Below, in pieces: positions 40,198 to 50,349 of a DNA stretch of 64,000 nt. Below the pieces are notes generated by a model. That model made no database searches. It was given only the letters and a program-made list of their open reading frames with translations, and was not told the origin of the DNA. The DNA is taken from positions 71,303-135,302 of the forward strand of contig CAZENF010000001.1 of assembly GCA_964513645.1 (NCBI GenBank), read 5' to 3'. Numbering within the stretch: position 1 is the stretch's first letter; every line of letters begins with the position of its first letter. A program made the position numbers and the translations under genes. The DNA is from an uncultured Candidatus Saccharibacteria bacterium (GTDB lineage Bacteria > Patescibacteriota > Minisyncoccia > 2-02-FULL-40-12 > GWA2-44-9).

Positions 40198-40959
40198 TTA
40201 ATGTTCTTCGACCTCGTGCCGAACTGACATTCCTAAGAATACCAGCGTCAGCATCGAAAAAATAAATGCCTGTATAAAACCGACGAAAACTTCCAGGAAC
40301 AAGAACGGCAACGGCAGAAAATACGGCCCGAGAAAACCAATTATGATCAGTAGCACTTCGCCCGCAAACACATTACCGAACAACCTGAAGGAGAATGATA
40401 TAATTTTAACAAATTCAGAGATTAGCTCAAGCAAGCCGACAAAGGTATAAACAGGATTTTTAAAATTAAAGAATTTCCCGACGTGCTGCTTGAACCCGAT
40501 TGCCATTCCTCCAAGGAAATTGACCGAAAAAACCGAAATTATCGCCAAAGCGAGGGTAAAATTAAGATCGCTCGATGGTGCCCGGAAAAGTGGCATCAGA
40601 ACGGTCCTCGTACCTTCACTGCCAGTTATCGTATGGCGAATGCCAAAAGAACCACTACCCGGAAGAAGTCCGAACCAGTTAGACACCAGAACAAACAAAA
40701 ATATTGTTGCGACGAGAGGAAAATATTTTTCGGACTCCCGGCGAGAACCCAGAACATTGTCCATCAGCTTGAATATTTCCTCCATCAAAAGTTCAAAAAT
40801 ACTCTGAATCTTGCCCGGTACGGATTTGATATTTTCTTTGAGCCAGAAGGCCAGCAGAACAAAAAAACCTACCAATATCAATGACAATAGGTAGGAATTA
40901 GTGAAATTAAAACCACCCAAGTGGAATAATGTCTCCGCTTTGATGGAAATTTCCTGCAT
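40198..40959 (-). CDS. atpB: ATP synthase a
   Basis: SNW.GLLPG, R.P..DLN.TLA, SFRLFGN.FAGE, IQA.IF. Confidence 0.97.
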   Translation of the reverse strand: MQEISIKAETLFHLGGFNFTNSYLLSLILVGFFVLLAFWLKENIKSVPGKIQSIFELLMEEIFKLMDNVLGSRRESEKYFPLVATIFLFVLVSNWFGLLPGSGSFGIRHTITGSEGTRTVLMPLFRAPSSDLNFTLALAIISVFSVNFLGGMAIGFKQHVGKFFNFKNPVYTFVGLLELISEFVKIISFSFRLFGNVFAGEVLLIIIGFLGPYFLPLPFLFLEVFVGFIQAFIFSMLTLVFLGMSVRHEVEEH

Positions 40960-41019
40960 CTATTCTATTTTACCAAGCCACTGCCACAAATCAAATAGTT
41001 TAAATCCCCTTCCGGAGGT

Positions 41020-42732
41020 TTACTTGAGCAACTTGAGCATTTCCGGCCATGGTCGAGTGTTTATAATGTCGTTTTTCTTGGCCCAGCCGCGGCGAGCTTG
41101 GGCAATACCATATTCAAGATACTGGGAATGCTTAACCGAATGAGAGTCAGAATCTATTGAAAATTTAACCCCCATGTCGATGCCTTTACGGATATATTCG
41201 TCTTTTAGGTCGAGTCGGTCAGGAAAAGCGTCTATCTCCATAACAGTTTTGGTTCGTTTGGCAGCTTTTAAAAGTTCCTCAACGCTGACCTTATAAGCTT
41301 CGCGTTTGTTAATTATCCTACCGGTAGGATGGAAAATAATATCCACATTTGGATTTTCCATCGCTTTGATTATCCTCGCTGTTTGTTCTTTTTCGGATAA
41401 ATTGAACATAGAATGAACGGCCACTCCGACGACGTCTAATTTGGAGAGGGTTTCATCATTTATATCAAGCGAACCGTCCTTCATGATATTAACCTCGGCT
41501 CCTTTTAATATTTTAAAGCCTGGAACTTGTTTCTGAACCTTATCAATTTCTTCCATCTGTTTTAAAAGTTTCTTTTCATCGCTTCCTCCGGTCATAGCCA
41601 AGGATTTTGTATGGTCAGTAATGCAGATATACTCGAGACCGGATTTTTTTGCCGCCTCGGCCATTTCTTTTATGGAATTCTCGCCATCGGTCCAATCGGT
41701 TTGAACCTGGAGGTCGCCCTTAAGGTCGCCATATTCGACCAGTTTGGGAAGTTTTCCTGTCTTAGCCGCTTCAAGCTCTCCATGATTTGTCCTTATTTCA
41801 GGCGGCATTACTTCAAAACCGAGTTTTTTATATATTTCTTCTTCCGTTCTGCCAGCGATAAATTTTTTACCTTTCAATAATCCATATTCGTTGAGCTTAT
41901 AGCCTTGTCTAACGGCCATTTCCCGCAGTTGGACGTTGTGATATTTATCGCCAGTAAAATATTGCCAGGCCGCTCCAAATGATTCAGGAGCGACGACAAG
42001 GAGATCAGCATCGATACCCATATTCAACCGGACTGAAGATTTTGTCGGTCCGCGGCCATGAACGGCCTCAACTTCCGGCATTGAAACAAAAAAATCCATA
42101 ACCTTTTCAGGTTTAGATGAGATAACCAGTATATCCAGGTCTCCGACTGTTTCCTGCATTCTTCTGATTGAGCCGGAAAATTCGGCTGTTTTTACGCCAT
42201 CAATTTTTTTAATTCTTTCGAGAATATTACGGAAAGCCGGCATGGCAAACCCAAGAACAAGCCGGCCACTTGAAGTTTTAACAAAATCTATGCCTTTTAG
42301 TATCTTTTGTTCGGATTTATCGCCAAGGCCTTTGATATTTCTTATCTTCCCGGCCTTGGCCGCCTCTTCGAGCTGTTTGAGGTTTTTGATACCTAATTTT
42401 TTATATAAAAGCTGGATAGTTTTAGGGCCAATGCCTTCAACAGAACGTAAACCTTCAATATCAACCGGGAGTTCTTTTTTTAATTTCTCGTAATCCTTTA
42501 TGTGATGAGTTTTGATATATTCTTCTATTCTTTCAGCAATTCCCTGACCGATGCCAGGGATATCTTCAAGGGCTTTCAGACTTCCTTCTTTATAAATATC
42601 CCGCAGATCTTCCTGCAAAGATTCTATGGCATAAGCAACTTTTTCGAATGCCTGGGGCTTGAAAGCTACGCCTTTAATTTCAAGGAAGACCGCCATCTCG
42701 CGGAAAATTTTGGATAGTTCATGATTGATCAT
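41020..42732 (-). CDS. polX: DNA polymerase X / PHP exonuclease
   Basis: HhH repeats, GS.RR..ETVGDLD, FTG, TDH, HPTGR, SDSH. Confidence 0.95.
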   Translation of the reverse strand: MINHELSKIFREMAVFLEIKGVAFKPQAFEKVAYAIESLQEDLRDIYKEGSLKALEDIPGIGQGIAERIEEYIKTHHIKDYEKLKKELPVDIEGLRSVEGIGPKTIQLLYKKLGIKNLKQLEEAAKAGKIRNIKGLGDKSEQKILKGIDFVKTSSGRLVLGFAMPAFRNILERIKKIDGVKTAEFSGSIRRMQETVGDLDILVISSKPEKVMDFFVSMPEVEAVHGRGPTKSSVRLNMGIDADLLVVAPESFGAAWQYFTGDKYHNVQLREMAVRQGYKLNEYGLLKGKKFIAGRTEEEIYKKLGFEVMPPEIRTNHGELEAAKTGKLPKLVEYGDLKGDLQVQTDWTDGENSIKEMAEAAKKSGLEYICITDHTKSLAMTGGSDEKKLLKQMEEIDKVQKQVPGFKILKGAEVNIMKDGSLDINDETLSKLDVVGVAVHSMFNLSEKEQTARIIKAMENPNVDIIFHPTGRIINKREAYKVSVEELLKAAKRTKTVMEIDAFPDRLDLKDEYIRKGIDMGVKFSIDSDSHSVKHSQYLEYGIAQARRGWAKKNDIINTRPWPEMLKLLK

Positions 42733-42734
42733 TC

Positions 42735-43373
42735 CTATATTACTTTGCCCGGTTCTGGCTTAACCTGACCCTGCTTGACCTTTGCCCTTAGGTCGTTGAA
42801 GATCTTGAGCTGTTCGATCCCACCGAAGATTGCAAAAATACCGCCGAGCATGAAAACAGTTTTAAATCCAAATTTTTCCGCAATAATACCTCCTACCGCA
42901 GCCGCACCCGCTGTCGCAATACCGATTCCGACCGACTCAAAAGACCATTCCAAATTCTCTTGTTCCTTATCCAAGTGACGCGAAAAAATAGCATTCCAAG
43001 GCGGAACTATCAGAGCCAAAGCCACTCCGGCCACAACCTCGATCATATAAATATGAATGACTTTACTGGCAAAAAGATACATAAAAGGAACCGAGGCAAA
43101 CAAAAAGTTACCTGAAATGAGAGAAATAAAATCATCATACTCACCATGATTCTTATCCAGATATCTTGCTATCGGGACCTCGAAAATTATTTTTACTATC
43201 TGACCGATGGCCGCACCGAAACCAACAACTCTTATATCCGCGCCCTGTATCTGCTGGGTAATGAATATCGCGAAGATCGGGCCGAACAAACTTAAACCCG
43301 CGTTCAGGTAAAAATCCGAGACTATCATTGTTTTGATCACGTGATTGACCTTCATTACTATCCATATTACCAA
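42735..43373 (-). CDS. Half-size MFS transporter
   Basis: About 6 TM, PIFAIFI, EVPIARYLD, HLD. Confidence 0.7.
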   Translation of the reverse strand: MVIWIVMKVNHVIKTMIVSDFYLNAGLSLFGPIFAIFITQQIQGADIRVVGFGAAIGQIVKIIFEVPIARYLDKNHGEYDDFISLISGNFLFASVPFMYLFASKVIHIYMIEVVAGVALALIVPPWNAIFSRHLDKEQENLEWSFESVGIGIATAGAAAVGGIIAEKFGFKTVFMLGGIFAIFGGIEQLKIFNDLRAKVKQGQVKPEPGKVI

Positions 43374-43425
43374 AACAAAAAAACACTGCCAAGCAGTGTT
43401 TGTAATTTATAAATGATAAAAGTCT

Positions 43426-44721
43426 TTAGAGGTGCGGAAAACCGAATCCGGACGCATCGTCATCGCCGACCGGGGCAAGGTCATGGCTATAATTGGTCTG
43501 AAGCAAGAGTCGAGTCGCAGTATCCGGCGAAGGATCGTTCCTTTGCCAAAGTTTAGCGGCCAAACCTGCAACATGCGGCGTAGCCATCGAAGTACCCGAT
43601 AAAACCATATAACTTCCGTCCTTCCAGGTTGATTCGATCCCCAGACCGGGAGCGGCATATTCAATGTCTTTTTCTTCCACTACGTAAGGTTTGTCGGTAG
43701 AATTTATCCCACGTGAACTCCAGTCAGGTATCTTAAGGTCGGGATCAAATGCCCCCACGCTGATAACATTCGGATCTGCCGCAGGATAATCAATACTGCC
43801 CTGATAAGGCCCGTCGTTACCGGCAGCGGCGACAATCAGGACATGTTTTCCGACAGCATATGAAACAGCGTCAGTTATCATAGAATTTGGGGTATCGCTT
43901 CCTAAACTCATATTAATTACGTTGGCACCGTTGTCAGCCGCGGTTTTAATGGCCGTGGCAATATCATCAGCCCAGCATGAACCGTTGGCACCGCAAACTT
44001 TATAGGCAAAAAGGTTAACTTCGGGTGCTACTCCGTAGATGCCAAGGCCATCAGCTCCGCCGTCAGCGGCAATAATTCCGGAAACGTGGGTACCATGGCC
44101 GTTCTTATCATCACATTGATTATTTACGACCGGTTTCGGTGAAGTAAAGTCTTTACACTGGGTAATCCGACTTTTAAGATCCGGATGAGTGCCTGTGATG
44201 CCGGTGTCCAAAACTGCGACATTAACTCCGGCTCCTCCGGATGTTTTTGTAAGGGCCGGATCATTGTTATAAATATCTTTTATTCCCCAAGGAATTTGGC
44301 TGCTCGGGGTGGGACGAGGCAAAGGCGTGACCGATGGAGAGACTGAAGGCAAGGGAGAGCCGGACGGCAGTGGGGTAATAGACGGAGAAGGTGCTGGTGA
44401 AGGTTTGTTCTTTCCATTGTTGGAAATATCTATTCCGGTCGAGGCAACCGACAAAGGGTCAACATTATCAAGAATATTGAGTTTCAAAACCGGTACAACT
44501 TCAATACCGAAAACGTGGGCAACTTTTATCTGCCAAGGGAAAAGGTCGGTTGTAAAACTGTCCTTGAAATCATTATGTACACCAAAAGATCTCTTCCAGA
44601 AAACTGAGTTAGTTTTGATCAAATAGCGGGAATCATCAGTGGCACCATAAGCAAACGAAGCCGCCCCTAAGATAAAGGAAAATACAAGAAAATTAGCTAA
44701 TTTCCTAGTCTTTATGTTCAT
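43426..44721 (-). CDS. Secreted subtilisin-like S8 serine peptidase
   Basis: VLDTG, HGTHVSG, AAGN, GTSMATPHVAG triad. Confidence 0.95.
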   Translation of the reverse strand: MNIKTRKLANFLVFSFILGAASFAYGATDDSRYLIKTNSVFWKRSFGVHNDFKDSFTTDLFPWQIKVAHVFGIEVVPVLKLNILDNVDPLSVASTGIDISNNGKNKPSPAPSPSITPLPSGSPLPSVSPSVTPLPRPTPSSQIPWGIKDIYNNDPALTKTSGGAGVNVAVLDTGITGTHPDLKSRITQCKDFTSPKPVVNNQCDDKNGHGTHVSGIIAADGGADGLGIYGVAPEVNLFAYKVCGANGSCWADDIATAIKTAADNGANVINMSLGSDTPNSMITDAVSYAVGKHVLIVAAAGNDGPYQGSIDYPAADPNVISVGAFDPDLKIPDWSSRGINSTDKPYVVEEKDIEYAAPGLGIESTWKDGSYMVLSGTSMATPHVAGLAAKLWQRNDPSPDTATRLLLQTNYSHDLAPVGDDDASGFGFPHL

Positions 44722-44792
44722 TGTTATAACTTCAAATATAGCAAATCCGGCAACTTTTATCAATAGTTATCAACAATGAATTTGGTCAATCT

Positions 44793-45506
44793 TTAAGAAG
44801 GTCCCGCCTTTGGAGTACCGCCATCCTTTCCGTTTCCGTTTGACATCAACTTATCGAAGCCGCTCTTTATCTTATCACCCAACTGTTTCATCTGTTCGGC
44901 CGGAAGAATGGCTCTGACAAAGGCCGAACCCAGTAGCCATTTAAGGATATAGACCACTGCTATCGCGCCACCCAGAAAAAGAAGGATGTAGGTTACGTCC
45001 TTAAGATATACAACGAAGAACCGGTAACTTTGGCCGAAGAAATATCCGACAGAGAGAGTTATGGCAACCCACCCGACCGTACCGATGAAATTATACCAGC
45101 TGAATTTTTTAAAATCGTATTTTAAGGAACCGGCGAAAAGTAAGGTCGCAATCGTAAGAGAAAATGTGAATTTGGTTATAATTATCGCCCTGCCGCTGTA
45201 ACGCTCAAAGTAGCTTTCTACGGCATTGATGACTTTTTCGCTGCGTGGCTTTGAGCGGAGCCACTTGTCTATCGGTTTTGCTCCTACAAAATAACCGACA
45301 AAATACCAAATATAGCTGTTTATGGTTTCGCCCGCAAGAAATATGAAAAATATGGGCAGAAAAGCAACCGCACCGGTCGAAATAAGGAAACCGCCCAATA
45401 TCATGGTGTTCATTCCTTCAACAGATGAACCGATGAACAAAAAAAGATATTTATACTGGATAATTACCGGAAAATGAATTTTTATAAACTCGAGGAAATG
45501 CTCCAT
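44793..45506 (-). CDS. DedA family membrane protein
   Basis: EG, .WY.VG, F.RY, A.....KF, AG, F..YN, W....GY.FG. Confidence 0.8.
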   Translation of the reverse strand: MEHFLEFIKIHFPVIIQYKYLFLFIGSSVEGMNTMILGGFLISTGAVAFLPIFFIFLAGETINSYIWYFVGYFVGAKPIDKWLRSKPRSEKVINAVESYFERYSGRAIIITKFTFSLTIATLLFAGSLKYDFKKFSWYNFIGTVGWVAITLSVGYFFGQSYRFFVVYLKDVTYILLFLGGAIAVVYILKWLLGSAFVRAILPAEQMKQLGDKIKSGFDKLMSNGNGKDGGTPKAGPS

Positions 45507-45517
45507 TCTTTTAAGGA

Positions 45518-46129
45518 TTATTTATATTTTTTCAAAATTTTAAAATCTTCTTTAAGCGCATCTTTCATATTACTGTTATAGACGGCCACCGCCGGATGAT
45601 ATAAAGGTATTATCGATATTTTCCCGTAATTCGTTTCAGCTTCAAGTTCCTTTCCGTGCAAACGGCTGATAGATTCAAGTTTCGGACCCAAACCAAATTT
45701 GTTCATGATATAAACCATCGAGAAACGACCTAAGGTTGCGATGACCTGGGGTTGAATAATGTTTATCTGGCGATCGAGATAAGATGAGTAAGATTCGATC
45801 TCATCCGGCAAAGGGTCCCGGTTCATCGGTGGACGATCTTTGACGATATTGGTTATATAAACTTTTTTCCTCTCAATATCGATGCTTTCCAGAAGTTCGT
45901 CAAGAATTTTCCCGGCAGCCCCGCAGAATGGCCTGCCGGTCTCGGCTTCATTGCGGCCAGGTGCTTCGCCGATAAACATTAACTTTGCATAATGATCTCC
46001 CTCGCCTATAACGGGAAAAACATGATTCTTTATCCGCTCATGGTATAAAGGAAGTTCTTTGTCCGCAAGAACCTCTTCCTTTATTTTCCTTAGCAATTCC
46101 GTCCGGTCATTTTTTAATTCAGTATCCAT
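45518..46129 (-). CDS. Uracil-DNA glycosylase family 4
   Basis: GEAPG..E...GRPF.G.AG, ITN.VK.RPP.NRDP, YHPA. Confidence 0.93.
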   Translation of the reverse strand: MDTELKNDRTELLRKIKEEVLADKELPLYHERIKNHVFPVIGEGDHYAKLMFIGEAPGRNEAETGRPFCGAAGKILDELLESIDIERKKVYITNIVKDRPPMNRDPLPDEIESYSSYLDRQINIIQPQVIATLGRFSMVYIMNKFGLGPKLESISRLHGKELEAETNYGKISIIPLYHPAVAVYNSNMKDALKEDFKILKKYK

Positions 46130-46194
46130 TTAAAGTTAGACAACATTTGATAGTTTAACCAATAAAAAATTAAAATAAAAGACCCCTTCTGGGG

Positions 46195-46608
46195 TCAGTG
46201 TGTCGGAAATGACACAAAAGTTTTAGTCTTGGGCATATTTTCGTAACTTTCCTGGCAACCCTTGCAGCGCATCGCGAAAGGTATTGCTTCAAGACGATTT
46301 TCAGCTATCTCCTCGCCGCAGTCAAAACAAAAACCGTAAGTGCCTTTATCCAAACTTTCGATCGAAACATTTACTCTCTTGAGCCATTCCCGGTCGCGCT
46401 CCAGGTTTGAAACACTCAAGTCCTGCTCGCTGTTAGCTTTGGCAACGTCGGCCAGATCGTTCGCTCCCGGTTCCCTCGTACCGGCCGAAAGAATATGTTT
46501 ACGGCTCGAATATATCCGGGTTTCTATCTTATTTCTCCAATCCAATAGAATATTTCTTAACCGGCTTACCCGATCTACTGAATTGGTTAAATCGGTAGAA
46601 CTTGCCAT
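46195..46608 (-). CDS. DksA/TraR C4-zinc-finger protein
   Basis: D.AD.A, GTYG.C.DCGEEI...RLEAIP....C..CQ; TTGACT/TATAAT promoter. Confidence 0.9.
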   Translation of the reverse strand: MASSTDLTNSVDRVSRLRNILLDWRNKIETRIYSSRKHILSAGTREPGANDLADVAKANSEQDLSVSNLERDREWLKRVNVSIESLDKGTYGFCFDCGEEIAENRLEAIPFAMRCKGCQESYENMPKTKTFVSFPTH

Positions 46609-46716
46609 CCGACCGCCTTTCCGCCGTTGTTGTTAACGACAATCAATATTATAGACTTCATTAAAAATAAGTCAATTATAAAGGGGCAACCGATGTTGCC
46701 CCTTTTCTCGGGATTT

Positions 46717-46869
46717 TTAGCCCCGGAAGTAGTTACCGAGCTTGCCCTTGTGCTTGTGGCGGGTGTTGTGGCGCCGCGCCGCCTGCCGTGCCGCATGGCC
46801 ATGGCCCTGCTTCGCACTGCCATGGCGGTGAAGCTCCCGCTTCAATCTGTTCTCTCTCTTCCTGGCCAT
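46717..46869 (-). CDS. Small His/Arg-rich basic peptide (50 aa)
   Basis: AGGAGG SD before ATG 46869; terminator AAAGGGGCAAC/GTTGCCCCTTT. Confidence 0.65.
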   Translation of the reverse strand: MARKRENRLKRELHRHGSAKQGHGHAARQAARRHNTRHKHKGKLGNYFRG

Positions 46870-46906
46870 TGGGCTGCCTCCTAAACAAAGTATTAACAAT
46901 TTCTTT

Positions 46907-48286
46907 CTAAATTATATCACTATTTTTAATATGTGTCAATAATCCGGCCGAGAACCAGAACACTATCCTCCCCTGCTGAAGGGTCATTAAAAAATGGTCG
47001 AAAAAGCCAATGAACAAAACAGAGATGAAAAAAAACAGAACCGAAAGCTGGTAAGATTTACTAAGCTTTGTCTTCAGGATAAAATCTTTTAACAAAAAAT
47101 ATAAAAATAAAATGAATGCCGTCAGACCTAAAAGACCGGTTTCTGAATAGATGAGCAGGTATATGTTATGGACCGGCTGATAAGCATAATTAGGAAGCAT
47201 CGGCTGTTTTTCCATCAGCCAGTTCACGAAATTACCAGCACCTACGCCAAGAAAATTAATTCCCCCTCCAGTCATTAAAGCCACTTTGTTGTAAAAACCC
47301 CTTAGTTCTACGGCCTGATCATCCGGGTTTATAGTTGAACGGGTTATTATAGCTTTGAAATAAATTGAACCGAAAAGGAGAATAACCACAAAACCCGCAA
47401 TAAGAATGGCTTTTATACGTTGCCGGCTTTCATCGGTCCCAAATATTATTCGGTAATGTTTTCTTGATAAAATTATTATGCCACGAATACAAAAAGTGAT
47501 GAACCAGATAAAAATAACGACCCTCGAAAAGGTCGCAAAAAACCCAAAAAGGATAACGCCGTAGGACAAAATAAAAAATTTATCCCAGTTGTCTGATAAG
47601 GGGCTGTGCTCTACATGAATCTTCGAATATAAATAAACAAAATAAAACGCAAAAATGGATAAGAACAGAGAACCAGCCAGAACGTTCGGATGCGGAGTTG
47701 TGCCATAAGCACGTATGAATTTATCCCCGTTTTGAAGATAGAATGAAGCCACCCCGGCAAGTTCTTTGTTCAGAACGCTTTCACCCAGATATTTAAGCCC
47801 CAGGCTTGATTGTTTGAACAACTGGGTCATTGCGATCAAGGCTTGGAAAACTCCTCCGGATAATATTGCCAAGAATGTTTTATATAAATCGAATTTGGCT
47901 AAAGCGTATCTCGAGATATAAAAATAAAAAACAACAAATTCAACTAATTTAAACCATTGATACCAACTAACCGTAATGTTGGTCGAATTTTTTATAGAAA
48001 TAAGAGAGATGGTCAAAAAAATAACAAGCCAGGGGTCAGACGTTTTAAGCTTTGATTTTAAAAATTCAAACTTGTTCGGAGGTTGGAATTTAGGATTTGT
48101 GTTTTTTTGATAAGAGTTTAAAAACCAAAAAATAAATAAAACGGCCAGTAATATATCCGTCAGATAAACACTGACCGATAGCCATTCATTAAAACGCCAA
48201 TCCGAATACCATAAGATCTTCCTGGTCTCAAAAGGAATACAAAACAAAAAAACATAAAAAAGACATTTTTCGAGTTTCAGAAACAT
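46907..48286 (-). CDS. O-antigen ligase family membrane protein
   Basis: RAYGT.PHPN.LA, TFSR, GVG.GNF, QPVHNIYLL...ETG, FDH. Confidence 0.88.
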   Translation of the reverse strand: MFLKLEKCLFYVFLFCIPFETRKILWYSDWRFNEWLSVSVYLTDILLAVLFIFWFLNSYQKNTNPKFQPPNKFEFLKSKLKTSDPWLVIFLTISLISIKNSTNITVSWYQWFKLVEFVVFYFYISRYALAKFDLYKTFLAILSGGVFQALIAMTQLFKQSSLGLKYLGESVLNKELAGVASFYLQNGDKFIRAYGTTPHPNVLAGSLFLSIFAFYFVYLYSKIHVEHSPLSDNWDKFFILSYGVILFGFFATFSRVVIFIWFITFCIRGIIILSRKHYRIIFGTDESRQRIKAILIAGFVVILLFGSIYFKAIITRSTINPDDQAVELRGFYNKVALMTGGGINFLGVGAGNFVNWLMEKQPMLPNYAYQPVHNIYLLIYSETGLLGLTAFILFLYFLLKDFILKTKLSKSYQLSVLFFFISVLFIGFFDHFLMTLQQGRIVFWFSAGLLTHIKNSDII

Positions 48287-48423
48287 GGCTTTAACCTTTC
48301 GCTACCGTTCGTATTCCCAGCGAGAATCCTCACTGCCTTCGTCGGTCGCTCCCTTGTCCTTCGGACAAGAACCATGCCCGCTTCCCTCCTCAAAGCGCGC
48401 GAGAAGGTTAAAGCCATGTTTCT
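48279..48423 (-). repeat. Structured element, copy 2, overlapping the ligase start codon
   Basis: Perfect 19-bp IR AGAAACATGGCTTTAACCT/AGGTTAAAGCCATGTTTCT; core shared with 38696. Confidence 0.85.
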
Positions 48424-48470
48424 TAATTATCTTCGCTAAATTATATCTTAATTATTAAGGTTTTGTTGTA

Positions 48471-48499
48471 TTGACAAATTAATAATTTAATAGTATAAT
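48471..48499 (+). promoter_or_regulatory. Perfect-consensus sigma70 promoter
   Basis: TTGACA-17bp-TATAAT. Confidence 0.85.
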
Positions 48500-48502
48500 A
48501 CG

Positions 48503-48677
48503 GGGTAGTACGTTGGAATCCTGCTCATAGGACAGCCGGTACGGGAAAGCGGTAGTTTGTTTAAGACAAAATAAAAAAGTTGAAAAACAATCTCCCGTAG
48601 ACCGAATCCAGGTTGAACACAGCCCTCGCCGCAATCTCGCGGCCGGCAATCTTCTGCTAAGGCAGAGGAGGTGTCCC
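48503..48677 (+). promoter_or_regulatory. Long structured 5' leader
   Basis: TACGGGA/TCCCGTA, GCCGC/GCGGC, TCTTCTGC/GCAGAGGA (covers SD). Confidence 0.5.
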
Positions 48678-49097
48678 ATGAGCTTGACCCTGTTCCGCGC
48701 TGATGTGATCGAGGTTCTTGTGAAAATGGAACTGGCACCCTACCAGTTCCACCTCACGGGTTCCCGGTTCTTCGGCCGCGCTACCCCTGGTTCGGATTGG
48801 GACTTCTTCGTGGAATTCAATCCGGACCTGGAGGGCTGGCTGATCTGTAACGGATTCTACCAAGAATCTTCTACAGACTACGCTTCAGCAGACATCTCTG
48901 AGGTTTGGAAGCATGTATCGTTCCCGATACATGTCCAAGTCATCAGCGATGCCCGCTTGAAAGCGGACGTCCAGAATCACCTGCAGAACTATTCGCACAC
49001 GCTCTATGGTGTGCCGAAAGAGTACCGCAAGGCGATCTGGAACCTTGCCTTTGACCTGTTTCAAACAGGCCAAAGACAAGCCGCCGAGCTTTTCTAA
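48678..49097 (+). CDS. Pol-beta-superfamily minimal nucleotidyltransferase
   Basis: LTGSR.FG......SDWDF (GS...DxD); GGAGG SD; hairpin GCTCCGCAC/GTGCGGAGC+T follows. Confidence 0.8.
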   Translation: MSLTLFRADVIEVLVKMELAPYQFHLTGSRFFGRATPGSDWDFFVEFNPDLEGWLICNGFYQESSTDYASADISEVWKHVSFPIHVQVISDARLKADVQNHLQNYSHTLYGVPKEYRKAIWNLAFDLFQTGQRQAAELF

Positions 49098-49190
49098 AGC
49101 TCCGCACAGAGAAGTTTCACACTTCGTCTGGTGCGGAGCTTCTTTGTTTTAATCAACACTGAAAATATGTATACCAGATTCACGCAGAAT

Positions 49191-50336
49191 TTATCTGACC
49201 CAGAACGTATATCCTACCCCGCCGAGAAATATTAACGCAAGAATATAAAGGAGCCAGACCGGAACCGACAAACTATATTCCGGCAGACGGTCTCCATGAG
49301 ATTTGGCTTTTATAAAAAGCAAAATTATAATGAATGCTTCGAGGCCTATCGCCACGCCTCCGGCTAAACCGATAACATCAATAAAACTCCTCAATCCGCC
49401 TAAGAACAAAAGAAATGGGGGCAAAATAACCAGAGCCCAGGATAATTTTTTATTAAAACCGTAATCAAGTTTAAATATCTGGAAAAGGCCGGTACCGAGC
49501 ATGAGATAAGAGGTACTGACCGCCAAAACACCGAACAATGAACTCAAAAAAATTATTTTTCCGCCGATAAAATCTACCAGCCCGGTGATTGCATCCGGCG
49601 ATGTCCCCTGTCCCGATACTCCAAAAACAGTAAAAGCAAACAGGAAATATAGAAGCCCGACCAATAAAACCCCGGTAAAAATAGATCTCTTAAACCGTCT
49701 TTCATCGCCACCTAAAAGCTGTCTCTGGATAGGGATGGCCGGCAAACCTCCGAAAGCAAAAAGAAAAACACCGTAAGGAAAGAACCACATGCTTGGGTTT
49801 GTGCCGATAAAATTAGAAAAATTTATTTTAGAAAAACCAAATCCGAAAATAAGAAAAATTACGGCGATAAAAAGTATGGATATCCCCAGTTCAACCCAGG
49901 CAACAGTCCGCAATCCGAAAAATACCAGCAAAGAAGCGGCGACAAAGAACCAAATGCTCAAGCTTTGAGCTGAAGCATAGGTAAAAGGAGCTAGGACGGT
50001 CGTCAAAAATTCGCCCGAAATTATTATATAAGCTAAGAGAGCGGCATAAGTATTGAGTAGGATAGAGAAAAATATCACCCGTTTCCAGGTATTTCCCAGG
50101 TAAAGTTCAGTATAACCCACTAGTTGGTGGGACTGATGGGTTCGCAAAATTATCTCACCGTAAATGAGATTCAGAAGAAGAGTTACCGCTCCGATCGCTA
50201 CCAAAAATAAAAGACCGATACCAAAACCGGACTTTGCAAAAGCAAAAGGTATGCCGAATATCCCGACACCAACCATGGTCCCGATCAGGATAGCCGTGGC
50301 ATGGAGAAATTTCTTGTCTTTAAGAAATGAAGCCAC
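49191..50336 (-). CDS. Amino-acid permease (aromatic amino acid/HAAAP-like)
   Basis: IGT.VG.GIFG.P, YGE, PYGV.LFA, TSYL; probable GTG start 50336. Confidence 0.85.
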   Translation of the reverse strand: MASFLKDKKFLHATAILIGTMVGVGIFGIPFAFAKSGFGIGLLFLVAIGAVTLLLNLIYGEIILRTHQSHQLVGYTELYLGNTWKRVIFFSILLNTYAALLAYIIISGEFLTTVLAPFTYASAQSLSIWFFVAASLLVFFGLRTVAWVELGISILFIAVIFLIFGFGFSKINFSNFIGTNPSMWFFPYGVFLFAFGGLPAIPIQRQLLGGDERRFKRSIFTGVLLVGLLYFLFAFTVFGVSGQGTSPDAITGLVDFIGGKIIFLSSLFGVLAVSTSYLMLGTGLFQIFKLDYGFNKKLSWALVILPPFLLFLGGLRSFIDVIGLAGGVAIGLEAFIIILLFIKAKSHGDRLPEYSLSVPVWLLYILALIFLGGVGYTFWVR

Positions 50337-50349
50337 GTTTAATAGATTA

